Made by a program: the position numbers and the translations under genes. Shown here piece by piece: positions 1 through 8,149 of a DNA stretch of 32,000 nucleotides. The stretch is from Candidatus Micrarchaeum sp. (GTDB taxonomy: Archaea; Micrarchaeota; Micrarchaeia; Micrarchaeales; Micrarchaeaceae), in assembly GCF_016806735.1 (NCBI RefSeq), contig NZ_CP060530.1:270001-302000 (forward strand). The letters run 5' to 3'. Position 1 is the first letter of the stretch. Each line of letters begins with the position of its first letter. The notes beneath the pieces are model-generated. The model made no database searches. It saw only the letters and a list, made by a program, of their open reading frames with translations, and was not told the DNA's origin.

Positions 1-1608
1 AACACTACTCTATACGTGCTTCCAAACGATCCGCTGCTAAGGGTACAGGGCAATCCGGCTATGCCAGGGCAGAACGATACGATAAGCGCCATAGCAAACA
101 AGAGCAGCGATTCTGTAGAGCTCCTGATAAACGGTACCGAAGTGGCATCGGGCATCGGAACCGTAAACTACGACACCAACAGGCTTGCCGTAGGGTACTA
201 TTCATTGGTTGCTGTCGACACCGTACAGCCGGCGTATTCGAAGAAACTGGTGTTCGCGGTGGCGAACACGCCGATTGCTCCTACAAACATAACATCGCTC
301 ATACCTATACTCATAACAAACAACCAAAGCGTAGCTACTCCGTCACAGTTCCAGCAGCTGCTGCACATAAACAGCAGCGCCTATTCGACTGCCGAAAAGG
401 CAAACCTCTCCAACGTTGAGTTCTTCTACGGCAACGGCACAGTGATACCCGCATGGATAGAGCAGAACGCAACATCATCTTCAAAACAGACTGCTTATTG
501 GATAAAGCTGCTTTCAAGCATACCTGCAAAAGGCAGGCAGATAGTGTACATGGGCTTCTCGAACTCCGACATATTCTCACAGCACACAACCGGAGAAGCT
601 GCACAGCTCTCTTCAACCTATGCAGAATACGACAACGGGCAGAATGTCTTCAATTATTATACGGACTTTGCAGGGACTAGCGCCAATACTAGCCAGTACA
701 CTGTCAACGGTATAGCAACTATAGACAACGGGCTGATTCTGCCTCCGGGCAACAAGACCAGCTACGTTTCAAGCGTCAAGGAATACGATACCGCAACAAA
801 CGAGTCCGACATATACTGGGATGCAACTACGCCGCTCAAGAACGCAATAACGCTTGGATACAACGCTTCGCACTCAGTCACAGTAGTGAACGCACTGTTC
901 TGGGCCGTCAACAACCATAACTACAGGCTATTTACCGCAAAGAGCATATTCAACAACTTCGAGAACGGGCTGGACCTTTCCGGGGATTACGTGTTCTCCA
1001 ACTACAACATAGGCAACAGAAGCTACGGCTCATATTCAAGCCTGGCACAGGAGCAGAACTATACGTCATACAATACGTCAACATACTCATTCAACAGCAA
1101 GGCGTTCCTGCAGGTTGAGAACAACCCGAACAACAGGACCACAGGCGTTTCGGTAGATGTCTACTGGATGAGGACAAGGTCAACGCCTCCAAACGGCGTA
1201 ATGCCATTAGCAAGCTACGGGCTTCTCCACACTCATTCGGTTGGCAGCTGCAACATAACTGCTTCAACGAGCCGCATAAGCCTGGGCACGCTGTTCGCCA
1301 ACACCAGCGAGGCGACCAAGGAGCCGATAGCGCTTACAAACCACGGCAACTCAACTGCGTACGTATACGCATACGGCAGCAAATGGGTATCGCAGTCGCA
1401 CTACTTCGGCCCGACAAACACTACGTACGCCAACCTAACCGGGGTTCCATGGGCTCTTGCAGGAAGGATATTCAACATACAGAGGAACTGGATAGTCAGC
1501 ATAGCACCTGGCTCCTCGGCGACAGTGTACATAGGTGCAGACATACCGAACTCCACCTATGAAGGCAATTACTCGCAGAGCATATACTTCGTGAGCGACT
1601 GCGCCTGA
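1..1608 (+). CDS. Secreted/cell-surface glycoprotein with DUF2341-like domain (5' end probably outside window)
   Basis: Frame 1 is open from base 1, with no stop before the GTG at 16, so the N-terminus probably lies upstream. The segment FFYGNGTVIPAWIEQ...YWIKLLSSIPAKGRQIVYMGFSN resembles the DUF2341 surface-protein domain. The protein is Asn/Ser/Thr-rich with many N-x-S/T sequons. Stop TGA at 1606-1608. Confidence 0.6.
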   Translation, partial: NTTLYVLPNDPLLRVQGNPAMPGQNDTISAIANKSSDSVELLINGTEVASGIGTVNYDTNRLAVGYYSLVAVDTVQPAYSKKLVFAVANTPIAPTNITSLIPILITNNQSVATPSQFQQLLHINSSAYSTAEKANLSNVEFFYGNGTVIPAWIEQNATSSSKQTAYWIKLLSSIPAKGRQIVYMGFSNSDIFSQHTTGEAAQLSSTYAEYDNGQNVFNYYTDFAGTSANTSQYTVNGIATIDNGLILPPGNKTSYVSSVKEYDTATNESDIYWDATTPLKNAITLGYNASHSVTVVNALFWAVNNHNYRLFTAKSIFNNFENGLDLSGDYVFSNYNIGNRSYGSYSSLAQEQNYTSYNTSTYSFNSKAFLQVENNPNNRTTGVSVDVYWMRTRSTPPNGVMPLASYGLLHTHSVGSCNITASTSRISLGTLFANTSEATKEPIALTNHGNSTAYVYAYGSKWVSQSHYFGPTNTTYANLTGVPWALAGRIFNIQRNWIVSIAPGSSATVYIGADIPNSTYEGNYSQSIYFVSDCA

Positions 1609-1890
1609 TCAAGCAAGGCATCTTCTTTGCGCTATGCAAACAAAAGCCCCAAGATACAATATAATATACTATAAAGGCCATATGTATGCAAGGCCATTGC
1701 ATTGTTGCTGGCAAATACGCTACATTGGCTTTGCATATCATGCAATTTTGCACTCAATAACTGTATTTCCATCGCTAGTTTACGCGTGCATACGGAAAAT
1801 ACCATAAAAGCGGAAAATCCCTGTTTCGAGGCACAAATCCGTTGATAAAAGAAACCAACCCTGACAATCAACGTAGTTCGGTATTAAACG

Positions 1891-1928
1891 TATAAAACAA
1901 ATTTTAAATAAGTCCAAAGCTTTAAATA
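1891..1928 (+). promoter_or_regulatory. Cluster of TATA-like boxes upstream of the S-layer gene
   Basis: TATAAAAC (1891-1898), TTTTAAATA (1902-1910) and TTTAAATA (1921-1928) lie 12-50 nt upstream of the two candidate ATGs (1940, 1982). This spacing fits archaeal TATA-box promoters and short or absent leaders. Confidence 0.4.
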
Positions 1929-1981
1929 CTTTTCATAAAATGGTATTCACAAACAAACGTGTAAAGCGTTTAAGTGATAGA

Positions 1982-4918
1982 ATGAAAAGTCTAAACCCAA
2001 AGAGGATAGCAGCTGTCGTAGGAGGCGCAGCTTTGTTAGCGACAGGCCTTGCGTTCGCAGGACCGATCTCCGTCCAGAACGTACCTATAATAAGCAATAG
2101 CGGACAACCACTAGTGCAGATAGTCGTAGGAACATTGGCAAAACCATCGGACGGAGTAGCAGCGGCAAACATTGCAGCAGCGATAGGAAACCTTGCATTC
2201 ACAAGCGTTCCGGTAACCGCAAGCGTCAACACGACGCAGGCAGCGAAGGTTCTGCATGCAGTGATACCATCAAGCGCAAAGTACTCGCTCACGAACCAGC
2301 AGGTCTACTTCAACGAGAGCACAACAGCCTACATAAGCGGAACCTATTCGTTCAGCGCATTGATTGGCTCAGTGTTCAACAGGGGAGTAAAGACAGACCA
2401 GTACGGAGCAACAAAGACGCTTCAGAGCTCATCGCAGTACACGTACCCAGAAGTAAACACAATAACACCTAGCGGCGTATCGATGCCGAGCCCATTCACA
2501 ACGTATGGTAGCGTACCTTTTGAGTACTCTGTGACAGCAAGCACGAGCGGCGGCGGAGTTACATTCTCATCATTTACTACTAACAGCGTAAATGACAACA
2601 TACTCAGGGTAACACCAACTCAGCTTCCTGCATTGGCAAGCAACATGGGTGCGAACCTAGAAAGCGAGTACCTGTGGCTTACAGGCATGCCAGTATTTGA
2701 CCAGGGAAGCAACAACAACATAAATCAGTTCAACCTGACAAACGTTGGCGGTGCATACCAGGCAGTATTCGGCAACCCAATAGAATTCAGGAGCTCATCA
2801 AACGGAGTAAACAACGCACAGATACAGCTCTTCGGCCAGAACTGGACCATAATAAACTACATGCTTCCAGGAACAAGCTCATACAACAGCACAGCTGGTG
2901 TATCAAATACAATATCACTAGATACTGTGGCTGGAGGAGGCCTTAGCCTTGCTTCATCGCTTGAGCCTGAAAAGACAGTTTATGTAGGCCAGAACTACTC
3001 TACTGGAGGAGCTGAAAACTTCACAGTACAAGTGGCAGACATTGGACAGCCAAACAGCAACGGCATAAGCCCAGCAGCATTGAAAGTATACCTAAACGGT
3101 GCGCTTTACAACACGACTGCAGTTAATCCGGGCACAACCGCAAAGTTCAATGACAGCGGCCACAACCTGTATGTGAAGGTCTATCAGACATTCGCAGGAT
3201 TGTATGCATATGAGAAGTACGCAAAGATACAGCTGTACTCCAACGTGGTAAACGTAACGAGCGGAAACGAGTTCAACAGCACATACGACAAGGGCTGGAA
3301 CGTCGATCTGCTTTGGACAAACACCACAAGCACAACGTCAGCAGGCAACGCAATAGCACTGCAGAGCATAATAGTGTTCAACACAACTCCGACATACCTG
3401 ACACCTGGACAGAGCTTTGACTTCATAGGAAGCCCGAAGGCATACAAGCTCACGTTCGAGCAGCCATCATTCGGAAGCGGAACATACACTCCAGTGTCAC
3501 TAAAAACTAGCGAGTCCAATGTCAAGTACATAAACCCGGGAAGCTTAGGCGAGAACATAACTGAGCCAGTGCAAATGCTCACGGTATCGGCACCATCCTC
3601 ATTGAGCAATGCGTTCACAGTGGGCGGAGTTCCATCGAGCAGCGTAACATACGACCTGATACCTCTGTCATTCAGCAATACAGGCACCTTTGTACCAGCC
3701 AACACTATATCTGCAGATCTTAATGTGGATTCAAACTTTGCCAACCAGATAAGCTCAACGCATCCGTTGACTGTTAAGTTCCAGGGACTCACATCTTCTT
3801 CAAACACGTTGGTAACTGCTACAAACACACTGACAACCATTGGTACATTCACTCCAACATTCCCGCAGAACGTAAAGGAGATAACAAACATAACAGTAAG
3901 CTACGTGCTTCCTGGAATGCGTATATCTACATCAAGTGCAGGGGGCGCAGCTTTGACTTCCAATACTCCGGCAGAGATGTACTTGAGGTCAGGACAGTCC
4001 AACTACAACCTAATAACAGCATCTAGCGCACAGATACAGTTCAACCAGAACAACGGGCAGAGGCCAGACTTCAACATAAATCCAGCACCTGTGGCAAACG
4101 GCATCAAAGTTGGCAACTCTTACGAGCTGTTCAGCTACACGATGTCTGAATATCCAGTACCTGCAAACCAGACGTCTATAGATAGCTTCGCAGTAGGAAT
4201 AGTCAACTCAAGCAGTGCAAGCCCAACAAGCCCGTTCATCCTGAACTACTCTGCTGGCGCTAGCTCCTCAAACATAGCGCACGACAACGTCACATATGAG
4301 ACAAACACGCAGGGCAGCACCGTAATAATCAACGCTGCACAGGGCTTCTATTCCGAAAAGGGAAGCGAAGTAGCCTCGATATCGCCAAGCTCAGTGACAA
4401 TCAACTTCGCAAGGGGAGTTGACATGCTGAACTTCGTGGTAAGCCCATACAACATAACGGCAGTGTCGAAACACTTCAAGACAGTTGGCCCAGTAGGCAT
4501 AGGACAGCCAGTGCCGAACGTTCCGAACGTGACTGTAGCAAACGTAACAGCTAACATATCAGTCAGCGACGTGAGCGGTGCAACAGTGACTGGAATAAGC
4601 AACCTGACAGCCATACCATCAGTATCAAGTGCAACGACTCCGGTCTTGCTGAAGAACCTGACAACATCGCCTCTGGTAGTGTTGAACAGCACAGCAAACC
4701 CAAGCAGCAACCTGATATTGATAGGAAGCGGCTTCGTCAACGGGCTGAGCGCACAGGTGCAGGCAGCGAACAACGTGACATTCACGCCAACGAGCGCACC
4801 GGTATTGCAGGCATTCGGATCAAACAGGGTCCTGATAGCCGGATACTACGCCAACCAGACAACTGCGGAAGCAAACGCGTTCATACAGGACCTGTACGCA
4901 TCGGCAAGCACGAGCTAA
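1982..4918 (+). CDS. S-layer (surface layer) glycoprotein
   Basis: The ORF runs 1940-4918. ATG 1982 gives a classical signal peptide, MKSLNPKRIAAVVGGAALLATGLAFAGP; ATG 1940 is an alternative start. The N-terminal motif IVVGTLAKPSDGVAAANIAAAIGNLAF resembles the conserved N-terminus of archaeal S-layer proteins. The protein is very Asn/Ser/Thr-rich, has many N-x-S/T sequons and lacks Cys. A hairpin plus T-tract follows the stop. Confidence 0.75.
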   Translation: MKSLNPKRIAAVVGGAALLATGLAFAGPISVQNVPIISNSGQPLVQIVVGTLAKPSDGVAAANIAAAIGNLAFTSVPVTASVNTTQAAKVLHAVIPSSAKYSLTNQQVYFNESTTAYISGTYSFSALIGSVFNRGVKTDQYGATKTLQSSSQYTYPEVNTITPSGVSMPSPFTTYGSVPFEYSVTASTSGGGVTFSSFTTNSVNDNILRVTPTQLPALASNMGANLESEYLWLTGMPVFDQGSNNNINQFNLTNVGGAYQAVFGNPIEFRSSSNGVNNAQIQLFGQNWTIINYMLPGTSSYNSTAGVSNTISLDTVAGGGLSLASSLEPEKTVYVGQNYSTGGAENFTVQVADIGQPNSNGISPAALKVYLNGALYNTTAVNPGTTAKFNDSGHNLYVKVYQTFAGLYAYEKYAKIQLYSNVVNVTSGNEFNSTYDKGWNVDLLWTNTTSTTSAGNAIALQSIIVFNTTPTYLTPGQSFDFIGSPKAYKLTFEQPSFGSGTYTPVSLKTSESNVKYINPGSLGENITEPVQMLTVSAPSSLSNAFTVGGVPSSSVTYDLIPLSFSNTGTFVPANTISADLNVDSNFANQISSTHPLTVKFQGLTSSSNTLVTATNTLTTIGTFTPTFPQNVKEITNITVSYVLPGMRISTSSAGGAALTSNTPAEMYLRSGQSNYNLITASSAQIQFNQNNGQRPDFNINPAPVANGIKVGNSYELFSYTMSEYPVPANQTSIDSFAVGIVNSSSASPTSPFILNYSAGASSSNIAHDNVTYETNTQGSTVIINAAQGFYSEKGSEVASISPSSVTINFARGVDMLNFVVSPYNITAVSKHFKTVGPVGIGQPVPNVPNVTVANVTANISVSDVSGATVTGISNLTAIPSVSSATTPVLLKNLTTSPLVVLNSTANPSSNLILIGSGFVNGLSAQVQAANNVTFTPTSAPVLQAFGSNRVLIAGYYANQTTAEANAFIQDLYASASTS

Positions 4919-4948
4919 TCGCATTAGCTTGACACAACAAGTGGTTTA

Positions 4949-4995
4949 GAAAGGCGTTTTGCCTTTCCCATTTTCTTATTCTTTTTATTTCCCTA
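4949..4995 (+). terminator. Stem-loop followed by T-tracts downstream of the S-layer gene
   Basis: GAAAGGC (4949-4955) pairs perfectly with GCCTTTC (4961-4967) around loop GTTTT. The following sequence is cccATTTTCTTATTCTTTTTATTT, and oligo-T tracts are archaeal termination signals. Confidence 0.45.
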
Positions 4996-5049
4996 TATTC
5001 AAGCGTGAGCTTTTTCCATGTAAAATTTTTCCTAACACTGCGTGATATC

Positions 5050-5059
5050 TTTATAAATA
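5050..5059 (+). promoter_or_regulatory. TATA box for the 708-aa membrane glycoprotein gene
   Basis: TTTATAAATA lies 30-39 nt upstream of ATG 5089. Confidence 0.4.
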
Positions 5060-5088
5060 TTGCTTCGGAATAATTACACGGTGCGACC

Positions 5089-7215
5089 ATGCGTAGTTAC
5101 GTTTACGTTCCTCTGCTGTTGATGCTTCTTGTCGGTATGTCTGCTGCTGGAACTTCTCCGCAGCTGTCGTCATATCTCTCTTCTTACGTTCCGAATTCGG
5201 TAATAGCGAATTCAACGTTCACGAACATAAGTTATGGGACAGGAACATATGCGCTCATGCACATAAGCAGCTCGCAGAACATATTGATAAACACGACAAA
5301 CGGCCATTATTCCATAGTAACAAACAATGCGACTGCGTATTCGATACTTGCACCATACCTGAAAAAAGAATATGCTCCCAGCTCATCGCTTATAAATAAG
5401 GTAAATTCCACAATGGCGCTTTACCAGAAGCAGGCCAATCCTCCGCTGGCAGATTGCCTCATAGAAACAGGAGTGGGAAGGCTTAACCTTCTCAATACTA
5501 CAAGCTTGAACAACAACACCGCAACACAGGCGTGCTTTACTGTGCCCGAGTGCAGGAAGAGCTTCTACAACTACAGCGGAGAGACTGGGCCTCTGATCGC
5601 AGGAATACGCGACTTCGGAACGCAGTACATAAACCTGAACAACAGCTACCGCAGCTTCTTCAATCTTGCGTCAACACTGAACTCGAGCAATTTCTATTCC
5701 AATGTCGAGGGCATGCTGACCGACATAAATAATCTCACGACAATACAGAGGACAATGCCGAGCAATCCGATATTCCCTCTTCCCTCGAATTTCAATCCGT
5801 CGCTCTTGTCAAACTGCCAGAACTATGATCAGAACAACCCCAACATACCATATTACTGCCAGGACATAGGCGACTGCGAATACACTACGTTCAATTCCAC
5901 CACGCTCAACGACGCATATTCCCAGGTCTCAGGTCTGCTTTCACTTCCAGTCTACAACAAGACAATACAGTCCTATGCCGACAATGCCACCGCAACGGCA
6001 GTGAGCTACATAGAGCCTGTGATAATAAAGCAGAACACAACTGCATTTGACGCTTTCCTGAACGTCACGCTTCCAAAGTACAATTCTACGGTATCGAACG
6101 CAACCTTTGCGCTTTCTAAGATATCGAATTCGTCATTGTCTTACATGCTTTCTTCCCTTAAGTCAGAGATGTCGAGAGTATTGAGCGCCGGCATATACCA
6201 AAACGTAAGCAAGGCCAATACAGTTGTAAGCTCTGAGATAAGCAACGTGTCTAAGTTGACTTCCACGCTGCTGCTGCCTTACAACGAGCTGCTTGCAAGC
6301 ATGCAGAATTCAACCGCAACAATAACGCTGAAGCAGCTGGACTACAAAGTGCCTCCGGAGGAAGCATCATTTCTCGCAATACAGCAGCAGAAGCTCAGCT
6401 CTGAAATAAGCTCGGGAAAGATGAACAAGAGCGAGATAGCTTCGCTGATGGCGAGCAGCTCGTCGCTCTCGAGCAAAGCCTCTTCATTGTCTGCGCCGCT
6501 AAGCCTCGCAGCCTTCGTAAAGGGCGTTGACGGCGGCCTCGTATCCGCAATGCTGTACGGCAGCTCTGCCAGCATAGCCTCAAAGGAAGCCAGCGCTCCA
6601 TTCTACGCTGCGCTCATATCCTTCATAATAGCGCTTGTATTGATACTTGTGTTCTACGGCATGACATACGCAAGGCTTTCGCACAAGCGCAAGCTCAGGA
6701 ACAGCAAAAGGGTAAAGAGGGCATGGCTATTCCTGTTCATAGGATTGCTTGTGCTAGGGCTCATATACGCTGCAATAACCTACAGCATAGCAGCCTCTGC
6801 ATCCTCATTCCTGCCCGCAAGCTCGTTCATGGCAAGCGCAGCATCAAGCAATACAGTGCTGATAGCCATAAACGGCACAAATACGCTTAGCTTGAGCGGA
6901 ATAAGCGCAGGCTCGCTTGGTTGTGCGGGATCGCTTGAGCAGACGCTCAAGAACGCAGGAAAGCGCACAGGCATAATAGCGGTGCAGAACTATACGTGCA
7001 CAGTGAGCAATATTACAAGCTCGAGCAGCGGCTCGGCATGCTACAACGACATACTTGGCTCTGGTACTCCTCTCATACAGATAGATCAGGCCAATTCGAG
7101 CTACGTAAGCTACAAGGGCATGTATGGCACTGTGCTGTACGCTTCAGGGCCGTCAGCCACTGGAGCAGACTGCTATCTCAATACCATGCTGAAGCAGGCA
7201 ATATCAAAGCAATAA
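5089..7215 (+). CDS. Membrane-anchored surface glycoprotein (signal peptide, large ectodomain, TM hairpin, C-terminal 4-Cys domain)
   Basis: N-terminal signal peptide MRSYVYVPLLLMLLVGMSAAG. The ectodomain of about 480 aa is rich in N-x-S/T sequons and includes Ser-rich, helix-like stretches (QQQKLSSEISSGKMNKSEIASLMASSSSLSSKASSLS). Two hydrophobic helices (APFYAALISFIIALVLILVFYGM and WLFLFIGLLVLGLIYAAITYSIAA) flank a basic loop, SHKRKLRNSKRVKRA. A Cys-containing tail of about 140 aa follows. Confidence 0.7.
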   Translation: MRSYVYVPLLLMLLVGMSAAGTSPQLSSYLSSYVPNSVIANSTFTNISYGTGTYALMHISSSQNILINTTNGHYSIVTNNATAYSILAPYLKKEYAPSSSLINKVNSTMALYQKQANPPLADCLIETGVGRLNLLNTTSLNNNTATQACFTVPECRKSFYNYSGETGPLIAGIRDFGTQYINLNNSYRSFFNLASTLNSSNFYSNVEGMLTDINNLTTIQRTMPSNPIFPLPSNFNPSLLSNCQNYDQNNPNIPYYCQDIGDCEYTTFNSTTLNDAYSQVSGLLSLPVYNKTIQSYADNATATAVSYIEPVIIKQNTTAFDAFLNVTLPKYNSTVSNATFALSKISNSSLSYMLSSLKSEMSRVLSAGIYQNVSKANTVVSSEISNVSKLTSTLLLPYNELLASMQNSTATITLKQLDYKVPPEEASFLAIQQQKLSSEISSGKMNKSEIASLMASSSSLSSKASSLSAPLSLAAFVKGVDGGLVSAMLYGSSASIASKEASAPFYAALISFIIALVLILVFYGMTYARLSHKRKLRNSKRVKRAWLFLFIGLLVLGLIYAAITYSIAASASSFLPASSFMASAASSNTVLIAINGTNTLSLSGISAGSLGCAGSLEQTLKNAGKRTGIIAVQNYTCTVSNITSSSSGSACYNDILGSGTPLIQIDQANSSYVSYKGMYGTVLYASGPSATGADCYLNTMLKQAISKQ

Positions 7216-7293
7216 GGTGTTTTTCTGGCATCAAAGAACGATTCGGAGAAGAATGACAAGACCCAGGGGCGCAAACCGCGCAGGAGCCCAGCC

Positions 7294-7818
7294 GTGAAGC
7301 AAAAGGCCGCTCCCGCAGACAATTCCAAGAAATACATCGCCATAATCGGGGCCATAATAATAGTGATAATATTCGCCGGGGCCATAGTCTTCGGCCTCAA
7401 GTCCCAGGCTCCTCCATCGCCACAGGCAAGCCTTTCGGCATTTGAGCATAATTTCGAAAGCGCCAACGCAATAGGCGTATACGCCACATACACGACCAAC
7501 GCTTCGTTTTCCGATGTGATAGGCTGCTCCACTGCACTGGTGGAAGCAATAGCCGGGAAGAGCGCAATACACAAGAGCTACTCCCAGATACGCTATTTCG
7601 TGATAAACCAGACATCGTGCACGTCTGCCACTCTTGGCCCGAACGCGACAACGAGCGTTGGGACTATAGGCAACTGCACTGCGTTCAGCGCAAGCCATCC
7701 CAGCATATTCGTAAACTACAGCACTTTCACGAAGACCTTAATAAGGCCTGACGCGCTTTACTTCTACGGAAACTCGACAAGTTTGCTGGAATGCGGAATA
7801 GCAAGCCAGATCTCTTAA
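7294..7818 (+). CDS. Small type-II membrane protein with extracellular 4-Cys domain
   Basis: GTG start; no in-frame ATG precedes the TM segment. One N-terminal TM helix (YIAIIGAIIIVIIFAGAIVFGL) is followed by a domain with four Cys residues and several N-x-S/T sequons. Cys spacing and flanking residues resemble the C-terminus of the upstream 708-aa protein. Confidence 0.6.
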   Translation: MKQKAAPADNSKKYIAIIGAIIIVIIFAGAIVFGLKSQAPPSPQASLSAFEHNFESANAIGVYATYTTNASFSDVIGCSTALVEAIAGKSAIHKSYSQIRYFVINQTSCTSATLGPNATTSVGTIGNCTAFSASHPSIFVNYSTFTKTLIRPDALYFYGNSTSLLECGIASQIS

Positions 7819-7825
7819 GGCATGG

Positions 7826-7831
7826 TTTTTT
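7826..7831 (+). terminator. Oligo-T tract after the envelope gene cluster
   Basis: A TTTTTT run starts 8 nt after the stop codon at 7816-7818. Confidence 0.3.
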
Positions 7832-8149
7832 GGGCCGCAGGTGCCATTTACTTGCATATCATGGCAAATTAAGAAATGTATTTAAACCTTTATATTAAAT
7901 TTTCAATAGAAGTTTATAATACGAAGGTGAAAAAATGATGGGAGGAAGTCAGTAAATGGATATATAGCCCATGTTTAATATTGTTGAAAAAGCTCTGGGC
8001 TCTGCGTTCTCTTTCTAAGGGGTGCGGAATATTTTCCTTGAATTCCCTATCTACGGCATTCTCTCTCTGTAATTCTGCGTTATAACTGGTTTCTTAATCA
8101 TTGATCGCTGGCTCTATTGGCGATCCGGATAAAATGGAGTTGCACATAA

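Noticed and set aside
1496-1871. ORFs in the spacer upstream of the S-layer gene (85 aa and 79 aa on the minus strand; a roughly 58-aa plus-strand ORF from ATG 1634)
   Set aside because: They mutually overlap in different frames, are rich in Cys and aromatic residues, and have no start context. The region is better explained as a promoter or regulatory spacer containing the ATGCAA/TTGCAT dyads.
3184-4785. Long minus-strand ORFs (3184-3891, 235 aa; 4348-4785, 145 aa) inside the S-layer gene
   Set aside because: They are fully nested antisense to a strong, compositionally biased CDS. Their products are low-complexity, Val/Leu/Phe-rich mirror translations with no recognisable domains or promoter context.
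7254-7298. Short ATG-initiated ORF (MTRPRGANRAGAQP) upstream of the 174-aa gene as an alternative start
   Set aside because: It is in a different frame and terminates at TGA, overlapping the GTG at 7294. It does not extend into the TM-domain ORF, so GTG 7294 remains the only in-frame start.
7930-8000. Possible C/D-box sRNA (ATGATGG at about 7935 resembles a C box)
   Set aside because: No CUGA D box lies at a suitable distance on either strand, and there are no terminal pairing or C'/D' boxes. Support is insufficient.
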